The position numbers were made by a program, and so were the translations under genes. Positions 48,426 through 55,939 of a DNA stretch of 64,000 nt are shown here, in pieces. Each line of letters starts with the position of its first letter. Positions within the stretch are counted from its first letter, which is position 1. The stretch covers positions 1 through 64,000 of IMG/VR virus record IMGVR_UViG_3300050343_000243, one strand, 5' to 3'. The notes under the pieces were generated by a model. The model was not told the origin of the DNA and searched no databases. It saw only the letters and a program-made list of their open reading frames with translations. The stretch is from a virus.

Positions 48426-48945
48426 ACTGCTGTTTGACATTGAAAGTACTGGACTTCTACGCAAGGGATCCACTATTCATTGCATCGTGATGCGTGACAT
48501 GGCTAACGTAGAAGAAGCAGAAGTCTTTGACTACAAGCCAGAACGTGCTGTTATTCAAGGCGTCAAACTACTAGAAAAAGCTGACACTCTTATCGGACAT
48601 AACATTGCTGGCTATGACATCCCCTTGCTGCAAGAACAATATCCAGACTTTACGCCAAGAGGTGAAGTCATTGACACACTTGTTTTGTCTCGCTTGTATT
48701 ATCCTCACATTGCTGACAGAGATTATGAGCGCAGACCTGCTGGAATGCCTCAACGCCTCTATGGCAGGCACAGCCTCGAAGCCTGGGGCTACAGACTGAA
48801 GTGCTTCAAAGGAGACTTCGGTAAGAACGAGAGCAATGACTGGTCTACATACACACCAGAGATGCTCGACTATTGCATTCAAGATACTCAAGTAACAGTA
48901 GCTCTCTATGAGCTACTCAAGCGCCGCATGGCGGACTACTCGTAA
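48415..48945 (+). CDS. 3'-5' exonuclease domain of split DNA polymerase A
   Basis: ExoI FDIES, ExoII GHNIAGYD, HSLEAWGYRL, ExoIII YCIQD. Confidence 0.9.
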   Translation: MKTELLFDIESTGLLRKGSTIHCIVMRDMANVEEAEVFDYKPERAVIQGVKLLEKADTLIGHNIAGYDIPLLQEQYPDFTPRGEVIDTLVLSRLYYPHIADRDYERRPAGMPQRLYGRHSLEAWGYRLKCFKGDFGKNESNDWSTYTPEMLDYCIQDTQVTVALYELLKRRMADYS

Positions 48946-48962
48946 ACCAATTAATTAATCTA

Positions 48963-49205
48963 ATGACAACTAAAGCACCAAAGAAGACAGATCCTCTTAC
49001 TCTTGAAGAGGTACAAGCAGCGTCAGATATATTCTTCCCACTGTTCAATGAAGTCCATGCTCGTATGCCTGCTGGGTCTACGACAGAGGACGCTCTAAAG
49101 ATCATGGAGGCTGTGGCCAAGCTTGGTCATAAGACTCGTGCTGATGTTGCAGAGAAAAAGCGCAAAGAAAAATTCGGATTCAACAACCATGACGACAATT
49201 CCTGA
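48963..49205 (+). CDS. Small protein between the two polymerase halves
   Basis: 80 aa. Confidence 0.6.
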   Translation: MTTKAPKKTDPLTLEEVQAASDIFFPLFNEVHARMPAGSTTEDALKIMEAVAKLGHKTRADVAEKKRKEKFGFNNHDDNS

Positions 49206-50514
49206 CTATGTAACTCTCGAAATGCGCATGGCAATGCTCATGTCGCAGCAAGAAGCCAGCGGTTTCCGTTTCGATATGGATGCTGCCATCCGGGTTCGTA
49301 CCGAACTACAGGATGAGTACGACTCACTAGTCAACGAGATCACTTCTATCTATCTCTACGTTCCTGGCAAGGTGTTTACACCCAAGCGTGCAGATAAGAA
49401 GAAGGGTTATGTGGCTGGCGCACCCATGACTCGCCTCACTGACTTCAATCCAACAAGCAGGCAGCACATTGCGTGGGCTCTACAGACCTACCGTGGCGCT
49501 CGCTTCACCAAGGTGACTGCTACAGGTAAGCCACAGGTAGACGAAGCAACCATCTCCGAGGTGCGTGACCTTGCTCTTTCACAGGGCAAGGATCAACTGC
49601 ATCACGAATGCGAGATGTTCATCCGTCTGCTGACATTGCAGAAGTGGCTGGGACAGTTATCAGAGGGAACCAACTCTTGGTTCAACTCTATTGAGGGTGA
49701 TAACTGCATCCACCACAGCTGCTCACTGGCAACACAGACGGGTAGAAATGCTCACCGTGGTCCCAACTTGGGCCAGGTCGTTTCAGCACCTTGGGCACGT
49801 GAACTCTTTGTTCCACACCCTGGTCACGTCATGGTCGGCGCTGACCTTGAAGGACTGGAGCTCCGCTGCCTCGGGCACTACCTAGCCAAGTTCGACCAGG
49901 GGGCCTTCGCTGACGTCGTACTGAACGGCGACATTCATCAACAGAATGCTGACCGTGTAAGTACCCCAGACGTTCCTGTCTCTCGGAAACTCGTCAAAAA
50001 TCTAACTTACGGGTTCATCTATGGGGCTGGAGATGTGAAGTTGGGGCACATCATTAAGCCTGAACTGTCAGACGCACAGAAGAAAACTCTCGGTCAAGAG
50101 TTACGTCGCAAGTTCCTAGATGCTATTCCTGGTCTAGAGCCACTGATCGATGCAGTTAAGGAACGAGTTCGTATTAACGGCCGCCTCCGTGCTCTTGATG
50201 GGCGTCCTATTTTCTGTCGCGCAGAGCATGCCTCACTCAACTATCTTCTGCAATCAGCAGGAGCCATCCTGTCGAAGCGTTGGGTGGTAGTTGGCCAAGA
50301 GATGCTGGACAGCGCTGGCTTGACCTATGACCATGACTACACTCGCTGTGCATACGTACACGATGAAGTTCAACTATCAGTCGTTCCAAGCGAAGTCGAT
50401 CGTGTCAAATCACTACTCGTAGCAGCAGCTCCCGAAGCTGGTAACTACTACAACTTCCGCGTTCCCATTACTGCATCAGCAGAGCATGGTGAGAATTGGG
50501 CAGCAACACACTAA
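49189..50514 (+). CDS. polA: DNA polymerase A polymerase domain (T7-like)
   Basis: TGR, motif A DLEGLELR, motif B RKLVKNLTYGFIYG, motif C VHDE. Confidence 0.93.
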   Translation: MTTIPDYVTLEMRMAMLMSQQEASGFRFDMDAAIRVRTELQDEYDSLVNEITSIYLYVPGKVFTPKRADKKKGYVAGAPMTRLTDFNPTSRQHIAWALQTYRGARFTKVTATGKPQVDEATISEVRDLALSQGKDQLHHECEMFIRLLTLQKWLGQLSEGTNSWFNSIEGDNCIHHSCSLATQTGRNAHRGPNLGQVVSAPWARELFVPHPGHVMVGADLEGLELRCLGHYLAKFDQGAFADVVLNGDIHQQNADRVSTPDVPVSRKLVKNLTYGFIYGAGDVKLGHIIKPELSDAQKKTLGQELRRKFLDAIPGLEPLIDAVKERVRINGRLRALDGRPIFCRAEHASLNYLLQSAGAILSKRWVVVGQEMLDSAGLTYDHDYTRCAYVHDEVQLSVVPSEVDRVKSLLVAAAPEAGNYYNFRVPITASAEHGENWAATH

Positions 50515-50522
50515 TCAATACT

Positions 50523-50969
50523 ATGCAAACACTCGAAGTAAAAACTGGCTATATCTATTTTCTCAAGAGCACTCTGCTCGGTGGATACAAAATCGGAATT
50601 ACAACTGCACCTGCCTCACGGTTTAAAGCACTGGCTGTCGGTACCAAAGCAAAGCTTATTGGCTACTGGAAGCTCGATGAATACCGTGAGCTAGAGAAGC
50701 AGCTACATAAGGAGTATTCAAAGCAGAGAGTCCCACAGAGCGAATGGTTCGACCTTGACTGCATCCAAGTCCGTGAAGTGATCGACAAAATTTCCTCTAT
50801 CTCCGAGCAAGAGTTTCTTATCCCTGAAGTTGCACAGACTTTCGTAGGTCCTCAATACAAGATCACCAAGGTTGCACCCTACGAATTGGCTGCATACGCT
50901 GGCTGGAATTACTTTGCTGCCACAGCATTACTTACAATAGTAGGATTGATTGTTGGCTTAAGTCTATGA
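50523..50969 (+). CDS. GIY-YIG (T5orf172-like) protein with C-terminal hydrophobic helix
   Basis: GYIYFL...YKIGIT...LEKQLH...SEWF. Confidence 0.75.
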   Translation: MQTLEVKTGYIYFLKSTLLGGYKIGITTAPASRFKALAVGTKAKLIGYWKLDEYRELEKQLHKEYSKQRVPQSEWFDLDCIQVREVIDKISSISEQEFLIPEVAQTFVGPQYKITKVAPYELAAYAGWNYFAATALLTIVGLIVGLSL

Positions 50970-51148
50970 AAGATGGGCCCCATATAACATTTAGCTGCAA
51001 TGAGAATGCTATACGCACACTCTCATGGGCTGTTGACTACTCCCTTGCTACCTGGAGTGGACAAGGGGAGGTAGATCAAGAAATGCTTATAGGGCTTAAG
51101 CATCAATTACACGGCTGCATCCTTGAGTTCTTATTTGATAAGGACTAA
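50966..51148 (+). CDS. Hypothetical protein
   Basis: 60 aa. Confidence 0.55.
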   Translation: MKDGPHITFSCNENAIRTLSWAVDYSLATWSGQGEVDQEMLIGLKHQLHGCILEFLFDKD

Positions 51149-51189
51149 ATGTTCGCCGTAAACTAGTAGCCATAGCTACAATAAAGATA

Positions 51190-51240
51190 TCGTTCATCCC
51201 TCACATAGGGACGCAAGTAAGACAGAGTCTGAAGGAACGG
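51190..51240 (+). ncRNA. Glutamine riboswitch (glnA-type motif)
   Basis: P1 CGTTC/GAACG, P2 TCCCT/AGGGA, CGCAAGTA-AGAC/GTCT-GAAG E-loop arm; TACAAT -10 just upstream; precedes a DUF4278 gene. Confidence 0.85.
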
Positions 51241-51256
51241 GAAATTTCACCTCATT

Positions 51257-51454
51257 ATGGAGTTTCCAATGACCCAATTACAAGCACGTGCCATCGAGAA
51301 TGCACGCCGTGAATTCAGTCGCGCCAAAAAAGAACTGAACATGCATCGCCTCAACGAAACCGCATACCGTGGTGTTCCCACCATTCGTGAGCGTCAAGAG
51401 GCTGCCGAAGTCCACGGTACTTTCGTTTACCGGGGCCGTACATACAGCAAGTAA
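51257..51454 (+). CDS. DUF4278 family protein
   Basis: Two YRG motifs (TAYRGV, FVYRGRTY). Confidence 0.75.
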   Translation: MEFPMTQLQARAIENARREFSRAKKELNMHRLNETAYRGVPTIRERQEAAEVHGTFVYRGRTYSK

Positions 51455-51568
51455 TGCCTGAAATTGTATGGAGTATCGTCACCCTAGTAGCTATAGCTAT
51501 GGGTGGCGCTGTTTACACCGTCTATTGGTTACTTACCTACGACGATCGGAATCCCAACTGACTACTGC

Positions 51569-51594
51569 CCCCGCTTCGCGGGGGTTATTTTTTT
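51569..51594 (+). terminator. Intrinsic terminator
   Basis: CCCCGC-TTC-GCGGGG plus T tract at a convergent junction. Confidence 0.7.
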
Positions 51595-51596
51595 GT

Positions 51597-51917
51597 TTAT
51601 TCGTCTTTCTTAAACATGTCACCCTTGCTAGAAGGAGTGACGTTACTGAATTCTGATTTCTTATTCTTGCCGTACTCACGCAGACGCTGCTGCTGAATAG
51701 AAATACCACCACGCAACGCTGGATCTGCTCCAGGTCTCTTGTCTGTAGTCCTTGGTGGAGTGTTCTTGCGGTATGACTGTTGACCTTTGTACGCACGCAC
51801 GCGAGCTATTGCCATTGCCTGTTTGCCATGGGCACCACTACGGTTAAAATCAGACTTGTCCTTATCACTTAAGTAACGACGGTCTAGTGGTTTATTTCTT
51901 AAGCCTGCAGTTCTCAC
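51597..51917 (-). CDS. Basic late-type protein
   Basis: 106 aa, begins M-RTAG. Confidence 0.55.
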   Translation of the reverse strand: MRTAGLRNKPLDRRYLSDKDKSDFNRSGAHGKQAMAIARVRAYKGQQSYRKNTPPRTTDKRPGADPALRGGISIQQQRLREYGKNKKSEFSNVTPSSKGDMFKKDE

Positions 51918-51930
51918 ACTATGCCTTCAG

Positions 51931-52128
51931 CTACTTAACCATTGTATCGAAGTAGCCATCTTTAGGGATAACGTTCCCATCACAGATAAGTTTATCCAAG
52001 TAATCTCTATCAGGATCCTTTAGCTCTACATCATTGTCATAGAGCCATTGCCAAGCAGCAAAGTATTCATCAAGGGTATCTGCACCGCTGGTGCCAAAAG
52101 CAATGGTCTTCGCCTCTTTGACGTTCAC
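51931..52128 (-). CDS. Hypothetical protein
   Basis: 65 aa. Confidence 0.6.
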   Translation of the reverse strand: MNVKEAKTIAFGTSGADTLDEYFAAWQWLYDNDVELKDPDRDYLDKLICDGNVIPKDGYFDTMVK

Positions 52129-52352
52129 AGTCCAAGTTGGTTGTTGATCTTACGCACACTGTCTGCCATTGGCAGCATCATCTTCAGTGTTTGTTGTGAC
52201 ACGTTGCTTGTGTTCTGTGTAATCAGTGAAGTGACTTCATTCCTGTGCACTTCAAGTGCTTTAGTTCTTTCAGCAGCACAACGCTTATTTGTGAAAGCAG
52301 TGAATTTCATGCTAATCAGGACCGCAAGTACTGGCCCGAGTACATATTCCAT
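52125..52352 (-). CDS. Small membrane-anchored protein
   Basis: N-terminal hydrophobic helix. Confidence 0.55.
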   Translation of the reverse strand: MEYVLGPVLAVLISMKFTAFTNKRCAAERTKALEVHRNEVTSLITQNTSNVSQQTLKMMLPMADSVRKINNQLGL

Positions 52353-52380
52353 ATCTAATGTTTAACTAATCGAAGTCTAA

Positions 52381-52710
52381 CTAAATTCCTTCTACAAAGA
52401 GACCATCATCATCGAGGTCATCATTCTCATATCCTTCGTCTTCAATAGATGTAGGCATGTCATCATCTTGCATCATTAAGAGATCCATAAAAGTCTCTTC
52501 GCTAATGATTTCAGGCAGACCCTCTTGCTGTTCATCAATCTTGAACATGATGCCATTAGCCATCAGTGTTCTTTGAACGCCGTTCTTCTGTTCCATTCGG
52601 GACTTAAGCAGCCGCAAGGCAGTCCTCTCCAACGAGTGGCGGCTCATTTTCGATACTTCGTACCTTGCTCTCGTCAGAGCAAACCGTTGCTCGATTGATA
52701 ATTGCTCCAT
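52381..52710 (-). CDS. nblA: NblA-like phycobilisome degradation adaptor with acidic tail
   Basis: LSIEQRF.L......VSKMSRHSL....L.L.K..M.QKN matches the NblA LSLEQQF...MSREQ pattern. Confidence 0.6.
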   Translation of the reverse strand: MEQLSIEQRFALTRARYEVSKMSRHSLERTALRLLKSRMEQKNGVQRTLMANGIMFKIDEQQEGLPEIISEETFMDLLMMQDDDMPTSIEDEGYENDDLDDDGLFVEGI

Positions 52711-53056
52711 CACCGATCTCTTCCTCTATAAAACGTTTGTTTGAAATCCATTCTTCGATTAGTTCTTTTGCAGTCTCGTTATAAAAAGACTGCCTTTGAA
52801 ACCATACTAGCCAAGGTTCAGTACCTTTAGAGTGATTACACTCTAGGCACGCAGGTAGTAAGTTACTACGCAAGCTACTTCCACCTTTAGATTTCGGTTT
52901 TATGTGGTCCAGTGTAGTGGCGCGGTTACATCTGCAATAGCTACAGAGGCCGCCCCATCCATACTTAATTGACTTTTTAAATCTGCGCTTGGCTACTTGT
53001 TTAGATAAACAAGAGAGGTCGAACATTAGGTCCTTCCAGTCTTCAGCAATTCCCAT
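52604..53056 (-). CDS. HNH endonuclease
   Basis: CSYC...TLDHIKPKSKGG...NLLPACLECNHSKG. Confidence 0.85.
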   Translation of the reverse strand: MGIAEDWKDLMFDLSCLSKQVAKRRFKKSIKYGWGGLCSYCRCNRATTLDHIKPKSKGGSSLRSNLLPACLECNHSKGTEPWLVWFQRQSFYNETAKELIEEWISNKRFIEEEIGDGAIINRATVCSDESKVRSIENEPPLVGEDCLAAA

Positions 53057-53125
53057 AGTTGTTATTAGGCAACTGCTTTTACTTTACTTAACTTCCGTCT
53101 CTTGGAGAGTTATGTAGTGTAATTA

Positions 53126-53359
53126 TTAGAACTTTTTGGCAATTAGCTGATCCATCTTATCTTCAATTCTGATGAGATGGTCACCCATACGTGCCATAGC
53201 TTGAGTAAAATCCTGCTTTGACGTATAAGATTCAACAACTTTAAGTTCGAGCTTGTCTATACGATTGTCTAGCGTCGTTACGCGTGTATTTACTTTATTA
53301 AAAAGCACAGCAGTACCTGTGACAATAGCTATTACAACTGGGATGGCGGTTTCAATCAT
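53126..53359 (-). CDS. Membrane-anchored coiled-coil protein (possibly lysis-associated)
   Basis: MIETAIPVVIAIVTG...; ATG overlaps the upstream stop (ATGATTGA). Confidence 0.6.
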   Translation of the reverse strand: MIETAIPVVIAIVTGTAVLFNKVNTRVTTLDNRIDKLELKVVESYTSKQDFTQAMARMGDHLIRIEDKMDQLIAKKF

Positions 53360-53749
53360 CTTTCTGTAGATGCTTATAAGAAGTAGAAATGGACCAGCTG
53401 TCTTCGCCAAACGTTCCTGTCTCGTTGGTTTCCCATTGAGTTTGTTCAGGAGGCTGCGCTTGATTCCATTCTTCCTCTGCCTGGTCAAGCTTATGTGGAA
53501 GGGAGGTGTAAAACTTTTTTGCTTGGATTCCTCGGCGGAGTCGCTCAACGTTTGAACGACTGTCGTAGCGCCATAACCATTGCCCATCGTCTGGGATGTT
53601 TAGATCTTTTTTTCAGAGCCGGGCTTAATCGAGTTCAATGCAGAGAGCACAAGCTGTACAACACTGTTGGACTTTAATGGAGTAAGAGCAATAATTTCAC
53701 TTGCTGCTGCAATAACAATCCAAAAGATTGCGGATTCTAAAATAGCCAT
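53352..53749 (-). CDS. Holin-like membrane protein (49 aa, 53600-53749) with a -1 frame extension to 53352
   Basis: MAILESAIFWIVIAAASEII...; A-AAA-AAG at 53606-53612; 84-codon ATG-less open -1 frame. Confidence 0.55.
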
Positions 53750-53784
53750 GGTACTTATATGTAGATGCTTTATATATTTTAGCC

Positions 53785-53908
53785 AACTACGAAACTACGC
53801 TAACTACGCTACTCACTAACCCTTTCAAAATAAATCCCCTGTACTGCATAGAGAACAAGGGATTAAAAAGCAGGTATATAGAAAACTACGGTAGTTACCG
53901 TAGCTTTT
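53785..53908. repeat. Origin-like element copy 3
   Basis: AACTACGAAACTACGCTAACTACGCT...GGTATATAGAAAACTACGGTAGTTACCGTAG; direct repeat of 15348-15469. Confidence 0.75.
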
Positions 53909-53962
53909 GCAGTTTTTCTCGATTGGCTATATGCTTACTAAGCGTAGATGCATATATAGATT

Positions 53963-54241
53963 ATGGAATTCTCAACAGAGCAACAATTGTTTCTGGCGAT
54001 TCGCAGCCTCGACACAAAGCTCGACAGCGTGCTTCGTCGTCTTAACTCAGAAGAACAAGCAGAGTGGCTAGACACTAGAGACACTTGCTCGATGCTTGGT
54101 TGCACCGACCGTCACCTCCGCAACTTGATGGCAGAGGGCACCATCGCTGGTGACTGCATCCGTAATGTCGGCACCATCAAACGTGCTCGTTACAAGTTTC
54201 ACCGCAGCAAGGTTATGAGTCAGTACCTCAAGCGCGTTTGA
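53963..54241 (+). CDS. Excisionase-like HTH protein
   Basis: WLDTRDTCSMLGCTDRHLRNLM (MerR/Xis-type HTH); convergent with the integrase. Confidence 0.7.
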   Translation: MEFSTEQQLFLAIRSLDTKLDSVLRRLNSEEQAEWLDTRDTCSMLGCTDRHLRNLMAEGTIAGDCIRNVGTIKRARYKFHRSKVMSQYLKRV

Positions 54242-55338
54242 ACTTGTCGCGCTGCTTTTCCCTCAGTGCACGCATGTTTTTCTTGTTGATCCACAGGTGG
54301 TAGTGCTTTCTATGTGTCGTTTCTGTGTGACCCATCAGCCTTGCAGCAGTGCTGATTTCAATCCCCTGAACTAGCGATCGAATCGCGTAGGCGTGACGCA
54401 GGTTGTACAGAGACCAGTGTTTGAGATTGTTACGATCCATGTAATCGGAGAACTGCCTGGCGACGTTCAAGCGATGGCAAGGTGGGCTTGTGTATTTCAC
54501 GCAGGTTCAGCTCCTTGATCCATTCGTCTGGCAACGCCCAAGCTTCACGCAAGTAAGGCTTGCCTTTGGTTTTGTAGGTCATCACATTGATTACCTCATC
54601 CTCGAACTCGACGCTCAGTAATTCGCTGGGCCTAGTGCCAAAGGCCATGCTCATGCCATGTACCCATTTCCAGCGTGGATCTTTGATGCTGCTCCAGATC
54701 GACAGCAATTCCTCATCACTAGGAATGTCCCGCTCAGTGAGTTGAGAAATTGTGTATCCCTTACATCGCCTCGTACAGGGGCTGCTTATCCCACTTCAGT
54801 CCCATGTGATCAAGGGTGACTGAGACGATCGAGCCGAAGTTTCCTCGACTGCTCGGTGACTCGATGTCCTTAATCACCTGGCAGATCGCCTCTAGATCAG
54901 CAGAGCCATAGAACTTGCTGAACAGGCTGATCGTCGGTTTGTACTTAGCGGTGTAGATGCCCGCGCCTGTCTTGGGCTTGTCTGGGTAATGGGCATCGAA
55001 GCGTGACTCGATCGCCTGGCACAGCTCTGTGAACAGGATCGAATCACGTGTAGCACTGCTTTTCTTTGCAGTGATCTTGTCTTTGCTCCAGTTGCTCCAG
55101 CTGAAAGTGCCCATCGAAAGCTCCTCGTCCAAGCGGAACGCCAGCTCTTTGGCCTTATCAGGTGTACTTAAATCGCTGGCCCTTCAAGACCTGTCGGAAT
55201 TTGCTGCTGCTTTACGCTTGCTCGGCTCCGTTTTGCAGGGCAGTGTGGCGACTAAGTACACAGCCTGTCGATCAGGCAGGGTTTTGATAGCGCAACGGTC
55301 AGCTTCTTATTGAGGAACGTGACCCAATTTCTGTCCAT
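54228..55338 (-). pseudogene. Tyrosine recombinase/integrase interrupted by about 5 frameshifts (real decay or read errors)
   Basis: Fragments give VYLVATLP, FGTRPSE, KT, YNLRHAYAIR, MGH and HRKHY, i.e. the catalytic set of cyanobacterial integrases. Confidence 0.8.
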
Positions 55339-55454
55339 CACTGACTTCTCGGCTGATCCGAGTATGCCCCAAACTCACTGATGCTGTGTACTTAAAAACC
55401 GTCTTAAATCCCTGGTTTTGGTACCGGAACAGACCGGAACACAGGTGAACCAAT

Positions 55455-55477
55455 AAAAAAAGGACCCTTGCGGATCC
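55455..55477 (-). terminator. Terminator downstream of the tRNA fragment
   Basis: Minus strand GGATCC-GCAA-GGGTCC plus T7. Confidence 0.6.
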
Positions 55478-55511
55478 CCTGGTATGACTGGTGTTTCAGC
55501 CGTTGACTGAA

Positions 55512-55560
55512 TCGGAGCGGCGGGATTTGAACCCACGACCCCTACTACCCCAAGGTAGTG
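55512..55560 (-). other. attP core: 3' half of tRNA-Pro(GGG)
   Basis: CTACC-TTGGGGT-AGTAG GGGTC GTGGG-TTCAAAT-CCCGC CGCTCCGA; no 5' half; next to the integrase. Confidence 0.85.
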
Positions 55561-55636
55561 ATAATTCTTTATAAACCCGCTTCATGGCTGGCTTTTGATT
55601 CGTCAATTTTGTAAATGTGCTTAATTTTGTGCTTAA

Positions 55637-55930
55637 TCACTGAGGTGGTTTGCCACTCAGCAGTCCTCTAGAAGCACCTTCGTCAGGAAAATCTCTGGGC
55701 CTGGATTCGATGCTGCTCTTTCCACCAGACACACGTTCGTGTGATTGGAACGTTGCTCGCTTGTACCTATGCTTGAACACATCAGGTAGCCAGTAAGTTT
55801 CTACCCAGTTAATTGTAGAGTTTAGTTTTAGGTGCTTTTCAAGTGAGTGCGACATAGCTCCCATTTGTATATAACCATCGTGAGTTACGCAGGTGTTATC
55901 ACCTGTGCGGTATATGTATAAAGTTCTCAT
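55637..55930 (-). CDS. Hypothetical protein
   Basis: 97 aa. Confidence 0.6.
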   Translation of the reverse strand: MRTLYIYRTGDNTCVTHDGYIQMGAMSHSLEKHLKLNSTINWVETYWLPDVFKHRYKRATFQSHERVSGGKSSIESRPRDFPDEGASRGLLSGKPPQ

Positions 55931-55939
55931 TGTATTTTT

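Noticed and set aside
17463-51594. Counting the hairpins at 17463, 21214, 24233 and 51569 as members of the bipartite element
   Set aside because: TTCG-type loops, long T tracts, gene-end positions and no TG box at 12 nt; treated as ordinary terminators
53360-53587. N-terminal part of track ORF 53126-53587
   Set aside because: Better explained by a start at 53359 and an overlapping frame that continues the holin-like gene
55512-55590. Intact tRNA-Pro gene
   Set aside because: The 5' half (acceptor strand, D arm) is absent; interpreted as attP
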